A stretch of 64,000 nucleotides of DNA from a bacterium (GTDB lineage: Bacteria; Zhuqueibacterota; Zhuqueibacteria; Zhuqueibacterales; Zhuqueibacteraceae). Shown here piece by piece: positions 39,849 through 48,975 of the stretch. The stretch is taken from assembly GCA_044869275.1 (NCBI GenBank), contig JBIOXB010000211.1:29242-93241 (forward strand). Reading direction: 5' to 3'. How positions within the stretch are numbered: the first letter of the stretch is position 1; every line of letters starts with the position of its first letter. The notes under the pieces are model-generated. The model saw only the letters and a list, made by a program, of their open reading frames with translations. It was not told the DNA's origin and did not search any database. A program made the position numbers and the translations under genes.

Positions 39849-40034
39849 TCAGTCGAATTCCACCCGGGTCTCGGATTGCTCCGGTCCGACGCGGCCGGCT
39901 TCGATTTCTGCACGGTGATAGTTTTCGCCGCGCACCGGCGACCCGGCCAGGCGCCGCAGCATTGCAATTTGTCCCACGTGTGTGAGCGCGTCCGCGATCG
40001 GCCCTTGAAATATTTTTTCGTCGGTAGTGGTCAT
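39849..40034 (-). pseudogene. DinB-like protein remnant (61 aa)
   Basis: FQGPIADALTHVGQIAMLRRLAG is the C-terminal His helix of DinB-like proteins; the N-terminal portion is absent. Confidence 0.6.
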
Positions 40035-41392
40035 TTGCTTTCAGCCAATTTTCTCGCTGACCGAATCATCGCTTCCAAGCTACGTTCAACATCTGCTTCC
40101 GTCGTTGCCCAGGACGATACGCTGATCCGCATCGCCGTTTTTCCCTGCCACACTGTGCCGCCGCACCAACACGTGCCCTCAGCTTGAATTTCAGCGATGA
40201 CGCGATTCGTTTTCTCTGCATCTCCGAATGAAACCAAAACTTGATTCAAGACCACTTCATTGAGAATTTGAAAACCGGCGGCGCTTAGCCCCTCGGCAAA
40301 TCGTCTGGCGTGGCGGCAGGTGCGCTCAATCAGATCGGCCAAACCCTTTCTCCCCAGGCTGCGCAACGCTGCCCACACCTCGACGCCGCGCGCCCGCCGC
40401 GACAACTCCGGCGTGTAATCGGAAGGATTGCGCTCCGGGCTTTCAGTCGGCAGGTACTCGGCGGTGATCGCCATTGCTGCGCGCAGCGCATCGGCTTGGC
40501 GCACAAATGCCAAACCGCAATCATACGGCACGTTGAGATATTTGTGCGCATCCGTTGCCCACGAATCTGCGTTCCGAATTCCCTTGGTGAGATACGCGTG
40601 CGCAGGCGCCGCCGCAGCCCACAGTCCGAAAGCACCATCGACGCGCACCCAGGCGCCGCGGTCGTGGGCAATGCTGCAAATCTGATCGATGGGATCGAAT
40701 GCGCCGGTGTTGACGTTGCCTGCCTGCACGCAAACAATCGCCGGACCGGAAATTTTGGGAAGCGCCTCGGCGCGCATGCGACCCTGGCCATCGACCGGAA
40801 TTTTGACGACACGACTTCTGCCCAGGCCGAGCAATCCAAGAGACTTGAAAAGCGTCGGATGCGCTTCTTCGCCGACGAGGACGGTGATCGGCGGCGCGCC
40901 AAACAATCCCTCCGCCTCGACATTCCAGCCGGCGCGCTTCAGCACGGCGTGCCGCGCCGCCGCGAGCGCTGTAAAGTTGGCAACCGTTGCACCAGTGACA
41001 AATGCGGCGCCGCTTTTAGGCGGCAACTTCAAGATCTCGAGCAACCACCGCAGCGCGACGATTTCGAGGTATGCGGTTCCGGGCGTTGCTTTGTAAAATC
41101 CCGTGTTCTGATCCCACGCCGCGGCGAGCCAGTTGGCCGCCAGTGCTGCGGGCAATGAACCGCCAATGACAAAACCATAAAATCGTGGCCCGGCCATCGC
41201 CATGGTTGCCGGTGAACCGATTTCATCGAGCAATTGCAAGACGGCCTCCGGGGCGACCGGCTCGTCCGGGAGCGACTCATCGAATCGTGATAGATTGGCG
41301 ACAGCCTCGGCGCTCGGCGCAACACGACGTGCATCTAACTTTTGTAAATAGCCGAGGGCACGGGCGGCCGTGGTTTCCAATAGTGCCTTCAA
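40031..41392 (-). CDS. PLP-dependent group II amino-acid decarboxylase
   Basis: AWDQN, VDGAFGLW, DAHKYLNVPYDCG, PELSRRAR. Confidence 0.9.
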   Translation of the reverse strand: MKALLETTAARALGYLQKLDARRVAPSAEAVANLSRFDESLPDEPVAPEAVLQLLDEIGSPATMAMAGPRFYGFVIGGSLPAALAANWLAAAWDQNTGFYKATPGTAYLEIVALRWLLEILKLPPKSGAAFVTGATVANFTALAAARHAVLKRAGWNVEAEGLFGAPPITVLVGEEAHPTLFKSLGLLGLGRSRVVKIPVDGQGRMRAEALPKISGPAIVCVQAGNVNTGAFDPIDQICSIAHDRGAWVRVDGAFGLWAAAAPAHAYLTKGIRNADSWATDAHKYLNVPYDCGLAFVRQADALRAAMAITAEYLPTESPERNPSDYTPELSRRARGVEVWAALRSLGRKGLADLIERTCRHARRFAEGLSAAGFQILNEVVLNQVLVSFGDAEKTNRVIAEIQAEGTCWCGGTVWQGKTAMRISVSSWATTEADVERSLEAMIRSARKLAESK

Positions 41393-41406
41393 AAGTGCTC
41401 CTGTAA

Positions 41407-42384
41407 TTAATTCTTGACTGTGGTAGCAGGCATGCCTGCGGCCGCTGTTTTTGCAGCAACGGCATAATATGTTCCGCGGTGCAAATCCCGCGCGCCGGCA
41501 TCGGCATAAATCTCATCGGTGATCAAAATGGGCTGGCCATAAATGCGATATTCCGCCGGCGCAGAGGAGGCAGCAATGGTCTCCAAGAACACGAACCAAC
41601 AGTTTTCGCGGGTGAACAGCCGCGTGGGATCTTTAATCTGACAAATCCACAGCAATGTGGAATCATTGATGACATAACCGAGATGCGGCATCTCAAAACG
41701 GCCGCGTTGATATCTGGAAACCCAGCCGGTGACGCCGTGGCCGCGGCTGCAAACGTTGATGGCGGCGTCGGCGCGGCGTCGGCGTACGCTCTCATCGAGA
41801 TGCACCGGCGCGACGAATTCAAACTCAGACAAGGTCACCGGCTGGATCCACTGGCCATCGATGAAGCGTGTGGAATCCCAAACGTGATATTGTGGCACAC
41901 CGTTGCTCCAGAAGCCGGCCCAGCGGTTAGTCCACGGCTGAAAAATTCCGGATTCCTTCCTGCCCCTAAAACTTTCCGGCGCTTGCACGAGCAACTGGCG
42001 CATTTCTGCCTCGGACAAATCTTCAGCACCGGGAAAGGCCTTAACCAGCGCCGCCAATTCTTCCGCGTGGCGTGCAAACAAATCGCGCCATTGAGCAAAC
42101 TCCGCCGAATAGTTATTGTGCATGTCGAGCATCGCGCGCATCGCGGTTTGTTCGAGCCAGGCGGGCCGTTCTGGTGTGTGCGCTTGCTCCAGCTTCATGA
42201 TCTGGCAAACAGCAAACAAGCTTTGGCGCGCAAGCCCTGCCGCCGCAAGCGCGATCGGGCTGAGCACTGCCATGAGAACCGGCGCCAGCGCGACCAAAAG
42301 AACTCCCAAGCGCAGGCGAAATCCGTGTGTTCGCGCAACTCTTTGAGGGTTGATAGGCTTCGTCATGTGGCACTCGCTTTTCAT
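41407..42384 (-). CDS. Hypothetical exported or membrane-anchored protein
   Basis: 325-aa ORF within the co-oriented run; N-terminal hydrophobic helix; Trp-rich beta region. Confidence 0.6.
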   Translation of the reverse strand: MKSECHMTKPINPQRVARTHGFRLRLGVLLVALAPVLMAVLSPIALAAAGLARQSLFAVCQIMKLEQAHTPERPAWLEQTAMRAMLDMHNNYSAEFAQWRDLFARHAEELAALVKAFPGAEDLSEAEMRQLLVQAPESFRGRKESGIFQPWTNRWAGFWSNGVPQYHVWDSTRFIDGQWIQPVTLSEFEFVAPVHLDESVRRRRADAAINVCSRGHGVTGWVSRYQRGRFEMPHLGYVINDSTLLWICQIKDPTRLFTRENCWFVFLETIAASSAPAEYRIYGQPILITDEIYADAGARDLHRGTYYAVAAKTAAAGMPATTVKN

Positions 42385-42468
42385 TCGATGCCAACATGTA
42401 CGCAGCGCGGTATGTTCTTTCTCCTGTCGTTAAGGATGGTTTTGGGCGGAGGCAATGTGAGCGCGGCG

Positions 42469-43155
42469 TTACCTGCCCGCGTCAAAATACCGTTCAACGA
42501 AGAACTTGTCAAGGAAATAATGGCTTTGCCATTTCGGATTCACGCGGTCAAGCAGCAATACGCTTTTGCAGATTTCTTCCACATGGCGGTGATCCGTGCC
42601 GCAGCAACCACCGAGAACATGGAGGTTTTTCATCTTGCTCAAGAGCTCGCGGTGCTGGCGGCCCAATGCCACCGGATCACCGGCATCAAGCGTGGCGCTC
42701 TCATTCAACTCGGCATGACGCTTGGTGGAGGCATTGGCCCTAAGGCCGCGAATTCTTTCCAGCCACGGTTCACCGGCAGCCAAGGTGCTATCAAAATGGG
42801 TGGGGTGCGCGCAGTTGATCATGTAATAAACCGGTGCACCGTCTGTAGCTTCAACCACCTTCTCGATGGCGGCTTTGAGAATTTGACCGGTTGGCAATGT
42901 GCCGTCGGTTTCGACCGTGAAGGAAATCGCCACGGGCATGCTAACGGACCTGGCCGCGCGCGTGATGCCAATCGCTTCGGCAGTGTAGTTCATCGTGATG
43001 GCGGTAACCATATCGGCCCCGGCATCGCTGAAAGCGCTGATTTGCCCGAGGTGGTATCGTTGTGCCTCGGTTTCAGACATCGCACTTGCTGGAATGTAGC
43101 CATCGCCGCGCGGGCCAATGCAGCCGCTGATCACCATTTTCGAACCGTTAGCCAA
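42469..43155 (-). pseudogene. Homocysteine S-methyltransferase family, N-terminally truncated
   Basis: GCIGPRGDGY, INCAHP and GGCCGTD zinc motifs are present. The N-terminal DGG/..T region is missing, and a repeat lies directly upstream. Confidence 0.75.
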
Positions 43156-43238
43156 CGCTAATGGCTTCTAATTTTTTTTCATATCGCGTCAATTCGCGCT
43201 CATTCGCGGTTGTCCCTTGATTGAGCTGTGGCGGTGAC

Positions 43239-44075
43239 TCAGTGCGTTTCCCATTCACCCTGCAGGAAGGCCATTGCCCTGTCCTGAAAGAGGCTCGCGT
43301 TTTTGCCCAAAGCCGGGAAGTGCCCGTCATTCGGAATGATCCAGAGATAGGAGCGCGGGATGGCCCCGTACATCTGGACGGGAATGTCCACGGGAAAAAT
43401 CTCATCACGGTCGCCGTGGACGATCAGCGTGCGGGCAGTGATGGTGGCCAGATAAGGTTCGGTGAAATTCATGTCGTCGTAACTATCTTTCATGTGATGG
43501 AACTGGCCAAGCACTTCGCGTGTCTGCGCCTCACCCCGCGCGCTGCACTGGCTCCATTCCTTAAGCTCTGCTGCGCTGAGGCTGTCCGGGACGCTCCGCC
43601 GCATGATGGCTCGGGCTTGCGCCGGGAAGTAAATCGTGGCTCCGATCAAAACCAGATCCTCGACCCGCGCCGGCTGCTGGGTGGCCATGTGAATCAAGGT
43701 CATTCCGCCGCTGCTCATTCCCATCGCTTTGAATTGCCGGATGCCCAAATGATCGAGCAGGGCAAACATATCGAGCGCCGATTGGCGATGCGTGAATTGT
43801 CCCGACGGGTTGGTGGAGCGCCCGTGGCCGCGCATGTCCGGAATGATAAGGCGGTAGTGTTGTACAAGCCGCTCTGCAAACGGTTGCCAAACCTGGCCGC
43901 AATTGCCGAAGTAATGCAACAGAAGAAGCGGAGGGCCATCGCCTCGCACTTCGTAGTAAATCTCCGTTTCGTTGATGGAGATTTTATGCCCTTCCTGGCC
44001 CACGGCCGGCTGGAAGCTGGAAGCCGCGAATGCAAGGAACATGGCAGCGAATAAGGTTTTGCGTGTCTGTATCAT
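43239..44075 (-). CDS. Exported alpha/beta hydrolase
   Basis: Signal peptide; DMRGHGRS, GMSSGG, HGDRD, NDGH. Confidence 0.88.
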   Translation of the reverse strand: MIQTRKTLFAAMFLAFAASSFQPAVGQEGHKISINETEIYYEVRGDGPPLLLLHYFGNCGQVWQPFAERLVQHYRLIIPDMRGHGRSTNPSGQFTHRQSALDMFALLDHLGIRQFKAMGMSSGGMTLIHMATQQPARVEDLVLIGATIYFPAQARAIMRRSVPDSLSAAELKEWSQCSARGEAQTREVLGQFHHMKDSYDDMNFTEPYLATITARTLIVHGDRDEIFPVDIPVQMYGAIPRSYLWIIPNDGHFPALGKNASLFQDRAMAFLQGEWETH

Positions 44076-44094
44076 GGCATCTTTCCTTTCTTAT

Positions 44095-44844
44095 CTAGTT
44101 CTTCTCTAATTCCCAGATCATCACCGGACTCTGGACCGGATCGAACGGGGCACGGTCGTAGCTTCCATAGAGCTGAGCGACGCGAAAGCCAACACTTTGC
44201 GCCATGTAGTCGAACTCATCTTTCTCCACAAAAGCAAACTTCATTTGAAGCAATCGCTTTTCGAGCAAGCGTTCTTCACCATCAAAGAACTCGAAAAATT
44301 GCTGGCGCGAAACCACCGGATTTCCGCCTTGCTCGAAACCCGATACGACCAGCGTGCCGCTTCCGGTCGGAAACTGACCAACGAGACGCAGCAAGCCATC
44401 GACTTGCTTGCGACGAATGGCCGGATTGTGCAGCGTGCAAATGAATCGCCCGCCGGGAGCGAGACATTTGAACACCGCCGCAAGCGCCTCGCTTTGATTC
44501 TCCTCGCCAATGATTTCCATGAATGCCTGGAAAGGCAGAATGGCAAGCTCGAAGCGCGCGGGCAAGTCCAAACGACACACGTCTGCGCAATGAATGTCGG
44601 CGCGCAATCCGCGTTGTTTCAACTTCCGTGACAAGACTTCGAGCATGGCGTTTGAGCTATCCACGCAAGTTAGCTTCACTCCGGCCTCGATCAATGGCAG
44701 TGACAACCGGCCGGTTCCGGCCATCAGCTCAAGAACCTGGCCTTCTACCGACTTGGTCTCCGACAGGAAGAACGGAATGTCGTAATCCGCGGTGACGTAG
44801 AGATCATAAATTTCCACAATACTGTTGTAGTCGATGTGCTGCAT
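44095..44844 (-). CDS. Class I SAM-dependent methyltransferase
   Basis: VLELMAGTGRL, VDSS..ML, LAPGGRF. Confidence 0.9.
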   Translation of the reverse strand: MQHIDYNSIVEIYDLYVTADYDIPFFLSETKSVEGQVLELMAGTGRLSLPLIEAGVKLTCVDSSNAMLEVLSRKLKQRGLRADIHCADVCRLDLPARFELAILPFQAFMEIIGEENQSEALAAVFKCLAPGGRFICTLHNPAIRRKQVDGLLRLVGQFPTGSGTLVVSGFEQGGNPVVSRQQFFEFFDGEERLLEKRLLQMKFAFVEKDEFDYMAQSVGFRVAQLYGSYDRAPFDPVQSPVMIWELEKN

Positions 44845-44912
44845 CGCTGTTGCTCCGTCAGGCATTTCCTTATCTCAAAACCTCTTCGCGTGCAAGTCCG
44901 GCTTTGACTCGT

Positions 44913-45896
44913 TTATCGTAAAGCTCCGTACTCTGGTTTGGTAAGACTCTCTATAAAGGACAGCAGATCAGCAGCAAATCGCTTTGGCTCTTCCCAATGC
45001 ACGCCATGTCCGACACCTGAGTAGATCACAAGTTTTGAATCGGTGATACCGGCGGCGAGGGCATCCTGCTGGTCCCGGAGAAAGTATGCATCCTTATCGC
45101 CCCACACGATGAGCGTGGGTGCTGTGATTTTGTCAAGGTCGCGGGAAAGATCGGATTCCATCAAACCCTTGAACGCCGCTTGCCAGACACGCGCCGGCAC
45201 CTTCAGGCTCTCCTGGACGACGGTATCGAAAAACGTTTGCGGCACGGGCAAAGCCAGCGTGCTCTTTTGAAACTCGAGCGCAAAGTTCGGGTCGATCGGA
45301 TCTTCAAGCTTTGATACGCCAGTGTCCCAAAACTCCTGAATACCCTTATCGCCTCGCAGGGTCGTAAATGATCCCACGAGCACAAGCCCAAGCGTGCGTT
45401 CCGGATAGTTCATCGCAAAACATTGGGCGATGTAGCTGCCCATGGAATGGCCGACCACAACCGCGCGCTCGAGTTTGAGGGCATCCATGAAGGCGGCAAC
45501 ATCCGCGGCGAAATCACGCGGGTGATAGCCGGTTGCAGGACGTTCCGAATCGCCGTGGCCTCTTTGTGAAAGCGCGAAGGCGTGCATGGAGTTTGGCAAA
45601 TGCGGCAGCACCAGCTCGTAGGAGTGCCAGGAGTCCGTATAGCCGTGCAGAAGCAATACTGGAACGCCTGAAGGATTTCCCTGCTCGACATATTGCAGTT
45701 TCACTCGACTGGGAAGGGCAACAGATTTGATCGCGAATGTCACGTTTGTGGCCTTCTCGTCGGGGCCTGCCGTTTTTGCAGGTTGATATGTCTGGCCGGC
45801 CGGGTGGCCTTCACTTGCTCTGGCTCCGTTCGAAGCAAATAGCAACATCACAGCGCATGCGACGCGCAGCTTTCTTAGTCTGCTTTGTTGAAACAT
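44913..45896 (-). CDS. Exported alpha/beta hydrolase
   Basis: Signal peptide; LHGYTDS, RGHGDS, GHSMG, WGDKD, GHGVHWE. Confidence 0.88.
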   Translation of the reverse strand: MFQQSRLRKLRVACAVMLLFASNGARASEGHPAGQTYQPAKTAGPDEKATNVTFAIKSVALPSRVKLQYVEQGNPSGVPVLLLHGYTDSWHSYELVLPHLPNSMHAFALSQRGHGDSERPATGYHPRDFAADVAAFMDALKLERAVVVGHSMGSYIAQCFAMNYPERTLGLVLVGSFTTLRGDKGIQEFWDTGVSKLEDPIDPNFALEFQKSTLALPVPQTFFDTVVQESLKVPARVWQAAFKGLMESDLSRDLDKITAPTLIVWGDKDAYFLRDQQDALAAGITDSKLVIYSGVGHGVHWEEPKRFAADLLSFIESLTKPEYGALR

Positions 45897-45937
45897 AAGT
45901 GTCTCCGAATGAAAATCCTTCCACGGCTTCATATGGC

Positions 45938-46112
45938 TTGGCGCATAAGGCATAGCGCATAACGACACTAATACGCCCTCTGCGCTATGCCCTCTATGTG
46001 CGGCGAGCATCAGCAGGCGCGCATGGGGCCTACTGCACAGAGCCCGGCGCATAGCTTATACCTTCTTGCTTTGCTCCTCGCACCATGCCCTCCGCTTCAT
46101 GCGCTATGCCCT
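45938..46112. repeat. Degenerate heptamer (GCTATGC/GCATAGC) repeats in both orientations
   Basis: gcgcataaggcatagcgcata ... tgcgctatgccctctatg ... catgcgctatgccctc. Confidence 0.55.
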
Positions 46113-47543
46113 CCGATGCCACAGCTCCTGATGCCGGGCATGCGTTTCCAAATAGGCGCCGTCGCTATAGTGCTTGTCATAAAACTCCAAATCGAGATGA
46201 TGCGCCTGCAAGTAGGTCAGGATGAAAATCGACGGCACGGTACCGGGAAACTTACCAAAGCGGTCGAACACATATTGCGCCATCGTCGTCACGCACTCCT
46301 TGAACTCCTCACTGTGAACTTTTCCAGCACCGCGTACGCGTGCGTTTTCACGATACGGTCCGGGGGTGTTGGCATTGAACGGCCCACCCTCGCCGAATTT
46401 CCGCTTGATGAAGGCCTCAACGGCGGCGCGCATGTCTTTATGATGCGGCGGGCAAAAGCCTTCGAAGACGCCGGACAATCCGGTCACATTTGGCAGCGGC
46501 CAGCGCCCGTCGGTGTCGTAACGGAAACCCAAGCCGGGCATTTCAGGATCGCCGCTCGCGCCAAGCACGCTCATCGGCGTGATGCCATCGAACATCCAGC
46601 CGCCAAGGCCCATGGCCTGCAGCATGAGGGCGCCCGCATAGCACGCGGTGGAAAGCTCGGCGGTCACCTCGGCAAGCGACAATTGCTCGACGTAGGTGAG
46701 CGGATACGGATTCTTCACATCGACCAGCGCGCTGAATTTCTCCATTCCCGGAATTGGACTCTTATTTACATCATCGAAAATGCACGCGCCGTTCTGCACG
46801 AGATAGCAAAGCACGGCCACGTGGTGCTGCGCGAGATCGGCCACCGGAATGATGAGCGTACTGCCCGGCACATTTACGCACCAGGGATTGTGCATTTCAA
46901 TATGCGCCGGCTTCGGTGGAATGGCCATGCGCTTGTCCGACAGCTTGCGAATGCGTGCACGATGCGCTTGCAAATAAGCGTTGAGGTCGGTGGCGCCATT
47001 TTCGTCCGTCTTGACCAAATTCTGCGCCTCGCGCGTCGGCAGAAAATAAGTCCCGTGGTCATCGGTGTAGAAAAACTCCGTGGTATGAAATCCTGCTGCC
47101 GAAGGAAACGTCCGCCCGCCCGCGGCGCCGGCATAATTTGGGATATTGGGCGCATAGTTTTTGTTGTAAGGATGGAGATAAAACCAGCCCGTATTCCCGG
47201 CTGCCGCGGTGAGCACCATCATCTGCTCCAGCTCACCGAGCGGCATGGGCGCATGTTGCGATCTGAATTTCAAAGGCCCGTCCGGAATTTCCGCGCCCAG
47301 TGCGAACCGCCGCGCGCGCCGGCCGTGCAAGGCTTCGAGGAGCGGCATGGAAACCGCCAGCTCGAGTCCACGCGGAATCGCCGGGATGCCTTCCAGCAGA
47401 AATTTGCCCTTCTTTCTTACAGCGGCGCCAAGAGAATTCAGCTTGAGACCAGTCAACATGGTACCCGCGCCAAACAATAAACCGCCGAGCATTTTGCGCC
47501 GGGTGATCGGCAGCCAGGAGGTCGATTTTTGCTTGTCAGCCAT
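46104..47543 (-). CDS. Nitroreductase-fold-like hypothetical protein with twin-arginine signal
   Basis: ITRRKMLGG plus a hydrophobic stretch; RRARRF FMN-binding-like motif; RTFPSAAG; LQAMGLGGW. Confidence 0.65.
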   Translation of the reverse strand: MADKQKSTSWLPITRRKMLGGLLFGAGTMLTGLKLNSLGAAVRKKGKFLLEGIPAIPRGLELAVSMPLLEALHGRRARRFALGAEIPDGPLKFRSQHAPMPLGELEQMMVLTAAAGNTGWFYLHPYNKNYAPNIPNYAGAAGGRTFPSAAGFHTTEFFYTDDHGTYFLPTREAQNLVKTDENGATDLNAYLQAHRARIRKLSDKRMAIPPKPAHIEMHNPWCVNVPGSTLIIPVADLAQHHVAVLCYLVQNGACIFDDVNKSPIPGMEKFSALVDVKNPYPLTYVEQLSLAEVTAELSTACYAGALMLQAMGLGGWMFDGITPMSVLGASGDPEMPGLGFRYDTDGRWPLPNVTGLSGVFEGFCPPHHKDMRAAVEAFIKRKFGEGGPFNANTPGPYRENARVRGAGKVHSEEFKECVTTMAQYVFDRFGKFPGTVPSIFILTYLQAHHLDLEFYDKHYSDGAYLETHARHQELWHRRA

Positions 47544-47605
47544 GAGATCCACTCCTTATTTCAATTTGTATTGATTTACAGATCAGTTTAGCTCATTAGT
47601 TAATC

Positions 47606-48046
47606 TCACTTTTCGCACTCGGACGAGGGCGACAGCAGGATCCGCCACGCCGTCTCTGCCCTCTCGTTTCCGCTTGAATCGAGCGCCACGACGCGCCAGT
47701 GCAGATCTTTGCTGCTGTGTAAATGCGAGGGCGAAATGCGATAGCTTCCAACGCTCGAAATTCTCGCCATTTTGACAGTGGCATCGCCATAGGCCTCTTC
47801 GATTTCGAGCCGATATTGAGTCGCCGCAGCAATCATTGTCCAACTGAACTCCAACGTGTGGCCCGCGATCGGGCTGGTATGGTCGAGTGGCAACAACGCT
47901 AAGAGCTGGCCGTTCGCCATCGCGCTGGAATCCTCGCCGGACGCTGACTTGTGCGTTACCGAATCGTTCTTTGCTTGAGTGGCGGCATGAGCCACGGGTG
48001 TGAATAACAAAAGCAGAGAAACAACAAAACGTATTTTGTAAAGCAT
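47606..48046 (-). CDS. Hypothetical secreted beta-sandwich-like protein
   Basis: Signal peptide ending AHA; FSW...YRLEI...WRVVALD pattern. Confidence 0.6.
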   Translation of the reverse strand: MLYKIRFVVSLLLLFTPVAHAATQAKNDSVTHKSASGEDSSAMANGQLLALLPLDHTSPIAGHTLEFSWTMIAAATQYRLEIEEAYGDATVKMARISSVGSYRISPSHLHSSKDLHWRVVALDSSGNERAETAWRILLSPSSECEK

Positions 48047-48060
48047 AGGTGTTTCCTTTT

Positions 48061-48318
48061 TTAGCGGCGTTGAGGTCTTAGAACAAAATTCTGACTCACC
48101 AGCTTGGCCAGCCAAATCGCGAAGTCGGCAATGTGATCGGCGGACCTGTAATGCACCCAAGCCTTGCGATACATCTCCTGCAAAAGCATCGTTGCGGCAC
48201 GCGGGCTGCCGGTCGCAATCAGTGACGTGCGATAGAGGCGTCCGATGAACGGGCACATGCTGGTTTTGAATTTGTGCACGTTCAGAAAGGCGCTGTTGTT
48301 ATTTGCTGTTCTTGGCAT
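48061..48318 (-). CDS. Small protein resembling an isolated ECF sigma region 2
   Basis: LYRTSLIATGSPRAATMLLQEMYRKAW...FAIWLAKL aligns by eye with ECF region 2 (LYRxA...DAEDLxQExxxKAW...FxxWL); GGAG RBS present. Confidence 0.5.
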   Translation of the reverse strand: MPRTANNNSAFLNVHKFKTSMCPFIGRLYRTSLIATGSPRAATMLLQEMYRKAWVHYRSADHIADFAIWLAKLVSQNFVLRPQRR

Positions 48319-48361
48319 TGCTCATTCTCCCAAAAGTAGTTTCTCCGGAAGAAATCGAAGC

Positions 48362-48649
48362 TTACCCCAGCACTTGCTTTGAGAATCCCGCGGCGAGCGC
48401 GAGATTTTGCACCGTGGTTGGGCAATTGAGCAAAAAAACCTTATTCGTCATTTGTTGCAGCAGCCGCTCAGCGATTCCTGGACTCACAAAAGTGACATCA
48501 CAACAATCAAGAATGACGTGCTTGTTGGTTTGCCGCAGCAATGTAGCCAGGGCCTCGGCCCAGTCTTCCAGCGTGAGATTGGTGATTTGACCTTCAATCT
48601 TCATCAAAGCGGTCAGGTCGTTTTCATACACTTTCTTGATTAGGAACAT
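48362..48649 (-). CDS. STAS-domain protein (anti-anti-sigma-like)
   Basis: MKIEGQI, VILDCCDVTFVSPGI, VQNLALAAGF. Confidence 0.7.
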   Translation of the reverse strand: MFLIKKVYENDLTALMKIEGQITNLTLEDWAEALATLLRQTNKHVILDCCDVTFVSPGIAERLLQQMTNKVFLLNCPTTVQNLALAAGFSKQVLG

Positions 48650-48778
48650 AGTCGCGAAAACCCTGCATTGAGATTTCTGAATACTGCATCATGTCGAGTC
48701 GATTCAGAAGCGTGTGAGTGATGCAGTGTGTTTTAGTATGGCTCCGGCCTCATGCATTAAATTTCACCTTTAGCAAAG

Positions 48779-48793
48779 GCCAAAGCCGTACCA
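48779..48793 (-). promoter_or_regulatory. Putative sigma-54 promoter
   Basis: Minus strand TGGTAC-GGCTT-TGGC, with GG and GC at the -24/-12 spacing. Confidence 0.55.
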
Positions 48794-48893
48794 CAAACAA
48801 AAACGCGACTGAGCACGCAGCCCAAGTGGCGTGATACTAGAGAGTTGAAGTTAGATCGGTGGGGTTCGTTGTGTTGACGAACTAATTGAGGGA

Positions 48894-48928
48894 TGCTGAT
48901 ATTTCAGAAGCGTGCTGAGATTTCGGCA
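48894..48928. promoter_or_regulatory. Putative tandem enhancer (UAS) palindromes
   Basis: TGCTGA-TATT-TCAGAA and TGCTGA-GATT-TCGGCA, 19 bp apart and 100-135 bp upstream of the -24 box. Confidence 0.45.
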
Positions 48929-48975
48929 GGGTGCACTAATGTCCCATTTTGCTTGGTTGAAGCTAACCTTAAATT

